This document shows positions 52,270 through 64,000 of a stretch of 64,000 nucleotides of DNA, in pieces; positions within the stretch are counted from its first letter, which is position 1, and each line of letters begins with the position of its first letter. Both the position numbers and the translations under genes were made by a program. This DNA is from Octopus sinensis (Eukaryota), in assembly GCF_006345805.1 (NCBI RefSeq), contig NC_043000.1:148490001-148554000 (forward strand), written 5' to 3'. Under the pieces are notes generated by a model that saw nothing but the letters and a program-made list of their open reading frames with translations, searched no databases and had not been told where the DNA came from.

Positions 52270-52888
52270 CTCACCCCCCTCCCACCTATCCTTCTCTCCC
52301 CCCGACCCCTACTTCTTCAGTCCTTCATCCTTTCACCCCTACTCCCCTTCCCTTCTTCCCTCTTCTCCCTCCCTCTTCCCCTTCCCTCTTCCCTCTTTCT
52401 CCCTCCCTCTTCCCCTTCCTCTGCCCTCCCTCACTCCCTCTCTCCCCTTCTCTCCCCCTCCCCCTCTCCCTCTTCCCTTCATCCCCCTCATCCCCTTCCT
52501 TCTCCCCCATCCTCTCCTCTCCCCCCTCTCCTCTCCTCCTCCCCCTCTTCTTCCCCCCCCCTTCTCTCCCCCTCTTCTCCCCCTCCCCCTCTTCTCCTCA
52601 CTACACCACATGACTTTACACATCACATCACATATGATGTGCCATACTAATACACACACCAACTAATACATACTAATACGTACTAATACATACTAGTACA
52701 TACTAATACTTACACCAACCCTATACATACACACGTCCAGACCCCGCATACGCACTTATACTCTCTCACACACACACACACACACCTATACATACCAATA
52801 CGTACTAATACATACTAATACATACTAATACATACACCAACCCCATACATACGCACGTCCAGACCAATCTTACGCACTAATACTCTCT

Positions 52889-52923
<35 letters not shown>

Positions 52924-53155
52924 ATACATACTAATACATACACCAACCCTATACATACACACATCCAGACCCCTCCCACGCACTTTTAGCTGGTCCCTCA
53001 ACCCTTTTATCAACCCTATTATCTCCCCTTATTTCGCTCTCGCGTCTCATGTTTGATCTTTGACCTCTGGCCGAAATCAGATCGCCATGTTGATTCGTTA
53101 GCTACTGCACGCATTTTTTTCTCTCCTTCTTTCTGTGTTTTTCTCTCTCTGTGTA

Positions 53156-53193
53156 TCTTTCTGTTGAAGAGCGTAGGCTCGAAACGTTAAAGA
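53156..53193 (+). ncRNA. minimal hammerhead motif in the 3' pLTR
   Basis: Identical to 48602-48639. Confidence 0.75.
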
Positions 53194-54122
53194 CTTGTTT
53201 TATTTATATTTCCCGAGCGCCATACTAATACAATTGTTCGTTTGTTTTCCACCTGCCTTCGTCTTTTGTTTATTTTCATAAAGCTTCCCGTTATGTATGT
53301 ATGTATGTATGTATGTATGTATGTATGTATGTATGTACGTATGTATGTATGTATGTATGTATGTACGTATGTATGTATGCATGTATGTATGCATGTATGT
53401 ATGTATGTATGTATGTATGTATGTATGTATGTATGCATGTATGTATGTATGTATGTATGTATGTATGTATGTATGTACGTATGTATGTATGTATGTATGT
53501 ATGTATGTATGTACGTACTATGTATGTATGTATGTATGTATGTATGTATGTACGTATGTATGTATGTATGTATGTATGTATGTACGTACGTATGTATGTA
53601 TGCATGTATGTATGCATGTATGTATGTATGTATGTATGTAAGTATGTACGTATGTATGTATGTATGTATGTATGTATGTATGTATTCAATCTGCAATAAT
53701 ATCAGTTAAGAGTTATTCATATCGCAAAGTAAGTAAGCTAATATCTGCATCGAAATATTTTGACCTACTCCAAATTCCTCCTATCTTTTTTCACTAATAA
53801 GGCTTTACGAAGATATACGCCGTTTCTCTGCTTCTAATTTATTTATTTTCAATCGTAAGATTTGACAAATAACGTAGAATTTTTAAAGGCATTTGCTTTT
53901 TTTTACTGTTACTTTATAAAGGATTTATTTGGGAGTAGGGGTCGGGTAAAAATCATTAATAGAATGCATTTAATACTTACTTAGTAGAAGTTCGTATAAA
54001 TTTCCATGATTTCATAGGTTTAAAATAAATCTAAGAACTCTGTTCAGATAATCTAGCGAAAGTTTTTAATGTTTTCGTGGCAAAAAAGCCTAGAGGATTA
54101 TTATTAATATATTTCTATTTGT

Positions 54123-54510
54123 AAGGCGGCAAGCTGGCAGAAACGTTAGCATGCCGGGCGAAATGCTTAGCAGTATTTCGTCTTACGCTATGTTCTGAGT
54201 TCAAATTCCACCGAAGTCGACTTTGCCTTTCATCCTTTCGTGGTCGATTAAATAAGTACCAGTTACGCACTGGGGTCGATGTAATCGACTTAATCCGTTT
54301 ATCTGTCCTTGTTTTCCCCCTCTGTGTAGCCACTTGTGGGCAGTAAAGAAATAAGAAACGTTAGCACGCTGGTATTTCGTCTGCCTTTACGTTGTGAGTT
54401 CAAATTCCGCCGAGGTCGACTTTGCCTTTCATCCTTCTGGGGTCGATAAATTAAGTACCAGTTGGTACCAGTTGCGTACTAGGGTCGATCTAATCGACTG
54501 CCCTCCTCCC
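54123..54510 (+). mobile_element. Deu/Nin-like SINE dimer (type-A unit then type-B tail)
   Basis: aagaaataa|gaaacgttagcacgctgg|tatttc junction at about 54350. Confidence 0.85.
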
Positions 54511-55099
54511 TATTTTCGAACTGTGTACTTGGAAATTTCAAGTCATTGATATTTCTCGCGAATCTTACTTGGAAATTTCATCCATTGAAATTACTAATTT
54601 ATTTTATGTTTCTTTTTCTATTGTTTCGCTATCGAGCGCCCCAAGAAAGTCTCATAACGTGGCAAGCAATTCTCTGTCTCATAAAGGAATAGCTTCTTTG
54701 CTGAGTACTTGCAGCTATACTGCGCGTCTTTCAGTAAGTGTTACTGTCTTTTTACATAACTGCTCGTAAGAAGAGACATTTAATATCTGACATGATCCAA
54801 ATTACTTGGTTGATTCAAAAAACAAAACAAATTAGTAGAATCAAGATTTCTGCAGATAAACGATAATCTGAACGTTGGCTTAGAGCAGTGTTACTAACCT
54901 ATAGATTAAATCTAAAAGTTTCAAATATATGTAAAGTATAGAAGCCATCTTATCATGGCTAACCACATTGGGGAGGGGGTGTTACTGTAGCTTTATAGCC
55001 CCAAGAGATCTTCGTCTCTAGCTGGCTTTAGACACAATATCAGTGTCCTTGGAGTATTTGAAAAGGGAGGCCATCCCTTCCTCGCAAGCCTGAGTGATA

Positions 55100-55142
55100 C
55101 GCTCGAACTAGTTTCGGGATTGTTGTCCCTCGTCAACGGGCG
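55100..55142 (-). ncRNA. type I hammerhead motif in a ~250-bp GC-richer element (about 54950-55190)
   Basis: Minus: CGCCCG TTGACGA GGGA-caacaa-TCCC GAAA CTAG TT CGAGCG. Confidence 0.72.
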
Positions 55143-56231
55143 GTAACCACCAGGTCGCGATGAAAGTGAAGACCGCTTTGCAAACATATATAAGTTTTTC
55201 TAATGGCGTCTGCCACTGATGTCGAGATTTAATTATGCTTTCAAATATATGTTATACAACAAGCTATAGGCATTAGGCTTACGAAGCAGCGGTTACTGCA
55301 GGCACAAACAGGGGAATTTTTCTCCAAGAAAAGTATCAAATAGTAAGTGTACCTCGTTGGAATATTACAAAAATGGGTTACAAAGGGTCACAGATTTTCC
55401 AGTATTACTATTGTAGACTAGCAGCATACGTAGGTTACTATAGGCTAACTTTTGAAAGTAAATAATACTGTACACTTTCTGGTCCGTACAAGAAGTCTAT
55501 CGTATTCGTAATATTTTATTCATCTAAATCAATGATGAAAATAATAGTAGTATTCAGCTGTTGCTGTTTGTTCGTGTTATTTCCTATTCTGTAAGCGATC
55601 TAGCCACACGTACATGGTACACACTACACATACAGACATATACTCACATATGCATAATAACAGTAACTTAACTGTATGTGGCTAGCACAACAAAAGACCT
55701 TGAAAAGTAAAAAGGTGATTACGTTTATCCGGATACCGCAATCTATATATAGCAAATATATTGTCTAAACATCGTTTGTTTGAAGCTACTTTCCTGACAA
55801 AACATTTGAATGGGAGTTATAATTCGAAACCAGTCGAAAAATAAAACAACTTTCGATTTAACAACTATATAACTTTTGTATCAGTTCGGTATTGTGCTTT
55901 CCGAGAGATTTATTTTCTTTGTGATCGTACGGCTATTGTAGTTTTGACATTCCAGAAGAGAGTCGTCCATTATCACATCTTTTTTTCTATGCATAAATTT
56001 TTATTCAATCATATGTATTTTTTCTTTTATTCAGCAAGCTGTGGAGTTTTATTCACTAGCTTCAAAGTATGATGCAGCTTCTCTGATTTCGTAGGCTATA
56101 GCTGAGAAAAAGCAACTTTCATCCTATTTGTATGATATTTTCTATATTAAAAATTCAGAGTTATTAACTCTAATACCTAATTTTACATTCCTGTTACCAG
56201 CGACTCTTCTCGCATTTTGGTATGAATACAC

Positions 56232-56302
<71 letters not shown>

Positions 56303-56490
56303 CAGACATATATACATACAGACATGCATACATACATACATACATACATACATACAATACATACATACATACATACATATACATACATACATACATACAT
56401 ACATACATACATACATACATACATACATACGTATATACGTACATAAGTACATACAAACATTCATATACATGCGTGCACGTGAATGCATGC

Positions 56491-56567
<77 letters not shown>

Positions 56568-57244
56568 TGTATGTATGCATGTATGTATGTATGTATTGGC
56601 AACAATATGACTTGCTATATTTCGGTTCTCGGTACCTCAGTCTCGAGTTCAAAACTCCACTATAATCAACTTTACTTTAATCATCTAGAAATTCAAGAAA
56701 TATATACCAGTAACCTACTAATGATTCAATAATCGATCCAATCGATAATACACCTCTTTCCTACAAATATTGGCTTTGTGATACAGAAATCAATACTTAA
56801 AAAATCAATATGCTATAACGTTTTTGAAATTATTTTCAACACGAAAAATTTAACTCATGAAAATTTTTTCCTGTAGTTTTCGTTTACATTTTTTAAAACC
56901 TTGTTATCTTCATTTATTTGACATTTTATAATAGCTGAGCATGCACAGAGATGTCTATGTTCAAAATGCTGTTACACATTCCTCTTACCAAGGAGTTACG
57001 CATAGATAAGACTAAAATAAGTAAGTTCTTGTTAAATATACCCTGAATATGTTTTCTATGCTTTTTTGCTGCATGGATAGTTGATATAAACATGGCTCGT
57101 TTGTACTTGTGTCTTCTTCATTTATATAAACACATTTGTTTTTATTCCTTTCGTGTCATGTAGATAGATGACATCCTTGTATATATGAAAACTAACATTT
57201 CATTTTATGCGCAAATAAATGGTAAAGCCATGCGGAGATAGGAG

Positions 57245-57624
57245 GGAGGAGGAAGCACTCCGTCGGTTACGACGACGAGGGTTCCGGTTGATCCGAATCA
57301 ACGGAACAGCCTGCTCGTGAAATTAGCGTGTAAGTGGCTGAGCACTCCACAGACACGTGTACCCTTCACGTAGTTCTCGGGGATATTCAGCGTGATACAG
57401 AGAGTGACAAGGCCGGCCCTTTGAAATACAGGTACAACAGAAGTAAGAGTGAGAGAAAGTTGTGGTGAAATAGTACAGCAGGGATCACCACCATCCCCTG
57501 CCGGAGCCTCGTGGAGCTTAGGTGTTTTCGCTCAATAAACACTCACAACGCCCAGTCTGGGAATCGAAACCGCGATCCTATGACCGCGAGTCCGCTGCCC
57601 TAACCACTGGGCCATTGCGCCTCC
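57245..57624 (-). mobile_element. full-length OR-like tRNA SINE with 11-bp TSD
   Basis: ggagataggag at 57234-57244 and 57626-57636; head ggaggcgcaatggcccagtggttagggc. Confidence 0.92.
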
Positions 57625-58261
57625 AGGAGATAGGAGTATCATGTTGAACAAACAGAAAAACCAGAGTCGCTGTAAATGTAACTCAAAGCAAGCAGTCGGG
57701 GGTCTTTCAAATACAAGTGCGGGAATATGAAATCATAAACACAATGAAATCAAAGCAAAATGGGAATTGAAATATTGCGTAGCTGATATGTACGGATGTG
57801 ATCTCTTGGTTGAACTAAGAATCGCTAAGAATTATTTCCTGAAGATGTAAAGCATCCAATGGAAGTCGGTAGATTCATCAATTGTAATAAGTTACATGAT
57901 GTCATGACAACTTGGTTGGTTACATTAAGAATAATGTTTTTACAGTAAGAATAATGCTTATGATACGAATAACTGAGGCCATGAGAAAAGCTATAGTAAA
58001 CAGCAGCTTATAAAGACATTAACGGTCGCCCATGACACAAGATATGCAAAAAGTGCTACGAAAACATTTGTGGATGTTAAAATCGAGACAAAATAACGGT
58101 TTACTTAAGATATGTGTTTCAGCATCTGTTCTTTTGTCCATATTCTATAATTTATAAGGAGGAAATTCGTTACTTTTAAAGGGATCTTGCCCACTCATCC
58201 TCCGCTCAGTATTAGTAACAAAAAACGTATTGAGATCCTTGCCAGTAATGTAAATGCAAAT

Positions 58262-58294
<33 letters not shown>

Positions 58295-59314
58295 TTCTAT
58301 CTCTCTCTCTCTCTTTCTCTCTCCGTCTCCATCTCTCCATCTCCCTCTCCATCTCCCTCTCCATCTCCCTCTCCATCTCTCCCTCTCTCCCTCTCCCCAT
58401 TCTGCTAGTTATAATATTGAAAAAAAATGTGAAACTGTGATGCTGTTTTTTAGCTTGTTTATTGTCATAAGCACTTTTGTGCTACATTTGCAGTCTTCCT
58501 TGTTTTGAAAACTTTTTTAAAAAGTACACTAATAAGGGTGCCAGTGTTCAGCTTGAACGGTAAGACAACACCCTAGAGATGACCCTGAGAAAAGATTGCA
58601 GTTTGTTATATTTCCTGCTAACTATAACTTTATAACATTTTACATAGGATCAATAGCGAATTCTGTTGAACGGAGCGTCAAACATTAAGAGGTTGTTTAT
58701 AGTGATCACAAACATTTATAATATTCCTTGCGTAATATTGGGTTCAAAACTTGGCACAATGCCAGCAATTTCAGTGCTTCAGTGGTACTTATTTTATTGG
58801 CCCCGAAAGGATGAAAGATAATGTCAACTTCGGCGGAAGTTGAAATTAGAACGTGCAGACAGACGAAATGCCACTAAGCATTTTGCCCGTCTGCCAGCTT
58901 GCCGCCTTACACCCTGTATTATAATATGATTACCATTAATGTCAGCTTGAACACAATGAACCAAAGACAGAGCTTTTATATAGTCGGTGGACCTGCTAGA
59001 AATAGTAATCAGATCCCCTTTAAATTACTTCTTGCCGTCCTAAAAACCGACTAAGACTTGAATAATGTAGTCCTGGACACATTCTCTGAAAATGGTCACG
59101 GCTAGAACGCTTTTTGATCATAAAGCTTATCATTCATTGAAGGTATCATTCATTGCTTTCTTACATAATTACAAGATTTTATATCTAGAAAGAAAAGAAA
59201 TGGGTCTGTGTGACGTTCTCATTTTTCAATGGCATTACAAGTGTATAAAAACGTCATTTATCGAATAGACCTTCCATCTTCAATTCGAAACATCGAAAAC
59301 CTCGATTAACATTG

Positions 59315-60135
59315 TTGTTGTTAGTTAGTTAGTTAATTAATTTGGCTCAAAAGCAAATAGCAAGGCCATGTAGGGGGACATGGAGTTAAGTACAGGGTGG
59401 TGTTCATGTAAAGAGTTCAGGCCACTTGAGGTCCAGGGAGGCTTTGAACAAAGCGGTCGTCGGCATCTTCACCATCTCGTCTGGCAGCTTGTTCCACGGA
59501 TCCGCAACCCGGACGGAGAAAGCTCCTCTCCTTCGATTGAGATGAAATCGTCGCAGGTAGAGCTTTTCGGAATGACCCCGCAGCCGACGCTCTGGAGCAG
59601 GAGTGAAGAACAGCTCTTTAGAGAGGTTACACTTTCCGCTTATGATGTTATGGGCGAGAATGAGATCACCACGGCGGCGGCGTTTTTCAAGAGAATAAAG
59701 GTCGAGCGTCCTCAGCCTTTCTTCGTAGGACAAATTTTTGAGACCATGAACCATGCGGGTAGCCAGCTTCTGGACTCTTTCGAGATGCTGTATGTCTTTG
59801 AGGAGATAAGGAGAAGAGGCTTGAATCCCATACTCCAATATGGGTCTCACCAGCGTGACATAGAGTGGTAGGAATATGGCTGCTGTGAGCATTCCGAATG
59901 ACCGTCGAATCAAGAACAGAGTTCCGCGTGCTTTGTTGGCAGCATGGACGCACTGGGCCGAAGGCGAAAAGGAGGAATCCACCAAGATACCCAGGTCCTT
60001 TACCTGATCGGTCCTCTCCAGCAGCAGACGACCCGGCTCGAAATAAAGTTGAGTTGCAGGAGCAGAGCCGACAGGCAGATGACAGCACTTTGACACGTTC
60101 AGACACAGGTCCCAATCGTTAGATCACTTCCAAAA
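59315..60135 (-). mobile_element. CR1-clade LINE 3' fragment (open ORF2 C-terminus 59404-60096, 3'UTR, (TAAC)n tail)
   Basis: KDLGILVD, LYVTLVRPILEYG, LERVQKLATRMV..LSYEERL..L.LYSLEKRRRRGDLI, RGHS.KL, FSVRV..PWNKLP. Confidence 0.93.
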
Positions 60136-60715
60136 GGCGGCGAGCTGGCAGAAACGTTAGCACGCCGGGCAAAATGCTTAGCGGTATTTCGCCCGTCGCT
60201 ACGTTCTGAGTTCAAATTCCGCCGAGGCCAACTTTGCCTTTCATCCTTTCGGGGTCGATTAAATAAGTACCAGTTACGGACTGGGGTCGATATAATCGAC
60301 TTAATCCGTTTGTCTGTCTTTGTTTATCCTCTCTGTGTTTAGCCCCTTGTGGGTAGTAAAGAAATAGGTATTTCTTCTGCCGCTACGTTCTGAGTTCAAA
60401 TTCCACCGAGGTAGACTTTGCCTTTCATCCTTTCGGGGTCGATAAATTAAGTATCAGTTACGCACTGGGGTCGATATAACCGACTTAATCCGCTTGTCTG
60501 TCCTTGTTTGTCCTCTCTGTATTTAGCCCCTTGTGGGTAGTAAAGAAACAGAAATAGGTATTTCGCCCATCACTACGTTCTGAGTTCCAATTCCACCGAG
60601 ACCAACTTTGCCTTTCATCCTTTCGGGGTCGTACCAGTTGAGTCCTGGGGTCGATGTAATCGACTTAACCCCTCCCCAAAAAAATTTCAGGCCTTGTGCC
60701 TATAGTAGAAAGCAT
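60136..60715 (+). mobile_element. Deu/Nin-like SINE trimer (2 type-A units + type-B tail)
   Basis: gaaatagg|tatttc at about 60368 and 60558; ends aatttcaggccttgtgcctatagtagaaag. Confidence 0.92.
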
Positions 60716-61027
60716 TATTATTATTAGCACTTTTGAATTCATATGTTCCGTATTTATTAACTCCAGGCATTTTAAAATAGTTAAGCTGCTTAAGATTAAA
60801 ACACAGTTTGTTTTTGCGAGTGAAAGGTGTCATTTGTCTTAACTAGCCGGCACAATCAATGAACGAATTTGTTTTAAACAATCTAGATATGAAAAAATGC
60901 GAGAGATAACTCCTCGAAAACTGTTATTTATTTCAGTATGCGTCAAGGTCGTCGTTTAGACCTACGTTGGCCATAATCGAACAAGACATATGATTACAAG
61001 CTTTCCAATTGTGACAATCTCATTATC

Positions 61028-61336
61028 GGATCTTTTCGCTTTGACCGGCAGATTTTTAAAATAATAACAGGAACAATTTCATATGACACCGGAAATTATT
61101 GTTGTTGACAACGATCCGGCAGAAATTGAATTCACCTCAATAGACGTCATTGATTGGTTGAAATTGCCGAAATGCAAGAAAATAAACAAGGAATAGCTTA
61201 CAAACTACAGAATTTTCTTAAGAAAGCCAAGAGAAAAAGATGTTTTATAAACACATTCTACCAGTATACGAAGTTTAAAAGTGTTTAGTTACAAAGAAAT
61301 TATTTTTAAAATCTGCCGGTCAAAGCGAAAAGATCC
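61028..61336. mobile_element. long-TIR MITE (same family as 30870)
   Basis: ggatcttttcgctttgaccggcagatttttaaaataat TIRs; TSD tcattatc/acattatc. Confidence 0.88.
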
Positions 61337-62078
61337 ACATTATCTAATGGCAGGGTAGATTTAAAAGAATTTAATTGCTATTTGTCAGTTCTCCGAAGGT
61401 CTAAGGGAGTCGTAAGCAACAGTCCTTTCTTTCAGACAAATTAGGAAAAAATATATTCGAGCAATATTGTATAGGCTCCCTCGCTGGTTTGTATAAGGAT
61501 GTGCAGGAAAGAGTGACTGGGTAATGTGTTTAGTTTTAACATAGATTACAAATTAAATATGAAAATTTAGTTGACGTGTAAGAAAATCCTAGCATTTTAA
61601 TCTACTATAATACCAAGAAGTAGTTTTATTACATTTTCAAAAGACTGTGTCTACGATGGAACATAAACCTATTAATCATATTTTATGTTTTATGCTTTAA
61701 TTCGAAGCTGAATATATTACATTTGAAAGATTAGTGAAGCGAACATTTTGTTACAAGCATCACATTGTATGACGCAAAACAATGTCGTTAGTTTATGATA
61801 ATATAATACTGATATAACCAGGAGTTTCAGAATCAGTAGGGAAAGACGATTACACAGAATCGGAGAAATCTTATTACGTACAAGGGAAAATATACAATCT
61901 GCGTATTATGCAAGTTGAATATACATACGTATATCTTGTATATACAAACATATATGTATATATATATTGCATATTGTACGAGATATCTTTGTGATTAAAT
62001 ATGCTTATTGTAAATTATATTATTTATGCTACTTGAGATAAACAATATTAGAATGAGATTATCAACAACAACAACAAC

Positions 62079-62146
<68 letters not shown>

Positions 62147-62559
62147 CAGCAGCAGCAACAGCGGATTTTATGATATACTGTTGCTCTGCTCCATTATAGG
62201 GAGAAAATGTTCCTTCGGATTACAACTGATTCGTTTGGCTCAAGCAAAATAAAATGCAATTTTTTTAATAACCTATAATAGTAATTTTTATTAAATAGGG
62301 AAACTACTAATTTAAAATGTAGATTGTCGTAATGAAAATAAAAGGTGTCAATTTGAAAAAACGAAGAGGTTTGCCTCCATTTTGGGATCACGCCCTCTAT
62401 CAAGAAAGAGAATAGAGTTCGTTCTGTTTCAGATTAAATATATCCGTAAGTACTAAGTTTGGATACCCAGAACTCTTCCTAGTCTCCTTTAATAAAAAGC
62501 CTGAGCCTTTGCTTATTACATTTATATAAGCTTCTACTCTTCTTGGATTATTTGATAAT

Positions 62560-63695
62560 GACACAGGCTTTTCTATTGATGTAGAAGCTTTCATCCTGTT
62601 GCCCAAAAAAGGTTATCAAAAACAGATATAACGTCATCATCAGTGCGGTACTAGTTCCCAGCCAAGTGTTTTTTTCCTGTTGGAAACAGATGATAGTCAG
62701 ATGGGGCCAAATCAGGAGAATAGGGAGAATGAGCAACGAGTTCAAAGCTAGAGTCACGCACAGCAGCCATTGAAACTAAGGGCTTGCGTGCTGGAGCATT
62801 GTCCTGATGAAACAAGACCCATTTTCACCAGTTTGGCCTTGACAATATTTCGTAACTGTCTCCGCAAGTTTGCATAGTACTCTCAATTGATGGTGTGGCC
62901 CTTTTGAAGATAGTCAATAAACTCAGTGTTTTTTGCATCCCAAAAAACTGAGACCATCAGATGGAACGACCTTGGCCTTGTTTGGAGCAGGTGAGGATGG
63001 GTACTTCCCCTGCATGGATTGTCTCTTTGTCTCTGGATCAGAGTGACGAACCCAATATTCATCCTGACTTGGGAAATGTTAAAAAAAAACAGTTGGATCT
63101 ACCTCAAACAATGTCAGATTTGCCCCGTGATGTGATCAGCCTGATGTGCTTTTGATCAGGTGTCAGATGTAGCACCCACCGAGAAGAAATCTTCGTCATG
63201 ACAACTTCATTGTGCTGAATATTCTCAACTCTCTTACTGGATGTGCTAATAGCATTGGATATTTGATTTATAGTCAGTCGCCTGTCAGCCTTCAGTATAT
63301 GGTGAAAACGATCAACGTTTTCCTTGGGAGTGGCAGTTGCAGAACATCCAGACTCTCCCTTCTCCTCCTAAATTCAGCTTCCCGCTTTTGCACTGTTGAT
63401 AAATCTAGAACGGCATCCCCTAACGTAGTAACCATGTCTACTTGAATGTCCTTGAGAGCTAAACCCCTTTTCTACAGGTACTTGGTAATACCACGGTGCC
63501 GAAGTTTGCCGATGTTCAAGAGAAGTCGCTACTAGTTACTTTTGAAACCTTCTTTGAATAATTAGAGGTGAGTTTACCTGGAAAGAAACAGAGGAGTTAT
63601 TAACAAGAAGGGTTGAAATAAATGCATACATGATTTCACAGCTCTAACATCACGTCTTCATATTCGGCCTATGAAATTTTCAGCACACTCTCGTA
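62560..63695 (-). pseudogene. degenerate mariner element with left TIR
   Basis: TIR tacgagagtgtgctgaaaatttcataggccg at 63665-63695; N-terminal HRGITKYL..KG; catalytic LFHQDNAPA...HSPYSPDLAPSDYHLFP; multiple stops and frameshifts. Confidence 0.85.
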
Positions 63696-64000
63696 TCACC
63701 CAACATTATCCAATGTAAAGTTGCTTTTTATTTAATAAGAGTAGGTTGGGATTTCAAAAAGGTTTGGCTGCAGTTTCAAGCTGGTCAAGTAACGTCTCTC
63801 TCATTCATATAGATGCGGTTATAGAGATGTTAGAAAAAAATGAAGAATGCAGTAAGGTATCTGGTTGGGTGGCTAAGGTGAACTTATAAGATAGTGAAGA
63901 CAATAAGAGAGGGACAGAGATGCAATGAGTAAGGCAAGAAGATATATTGTCAACAACATCAGTGTATTAGATGACGTTTTAGTAATCGTAGATGAGTCAT

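Larger units (their letters stand above)
47517..53294 (+). mobile_element. Penelope-like element, Neptune-type, with partial-tandem direct repeats
   Basis: Direct repeats 47517-48740 and 52081-53294 (end of GIY-YIG + 3'UTR/pLTR); inserted within (ATGT)n on both sides. Confidence 0.95.

Noticed and set aside
62367-62400. Right TIR of the 62560-63695 mariner
   Set aside because: Does not match the left TIR well; may be the end of a separate DNA transposon, too little evidence to call

Overview
Repeat-dense, AT-rich animal genomic DNA, most consistent with a coleoid cephalopod such as Octopus. This assignment is inferred from the SINE families and the microsatellite load, not from a database search. 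No intact multi-exon host gene can be assembled; one plausible first coding exon lies on the minus strand (14296-14521, MAAKLSWRGFSN). Mobile DNA dominates the window: a near-complete Neptune-type Penelope-like element (RT + GIY-YIG) in an (ATGT)n tract, degenerate RTE and CR1 LINE pieces, two mariner relics, hAT/MULE-like MITEs, non-autonomous Helitrons, at least four tRNA-derived SINE families and a 5S rRNA pseudogene. The three most interesting signals are: (i) one SINE family that repeatedly forms head-(184-bp unit)n-old-tail arrays with a fixed junction, suggesting self-targeted insertion or circular/multimeric RNA templates; (ii) seven minimal type I hammerhead-ribozyme motifs, plus one decayed relic, from about four unrelated repeat families, mostly with non-canonical cores and palindromic stem III; (iii) an RTE insertion whose 5' junction carries an inverted copy of neighbouring DNA inside its target-site duplication. 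Most short ORFs in the supplied track are microsatellite or SINE artefacts.
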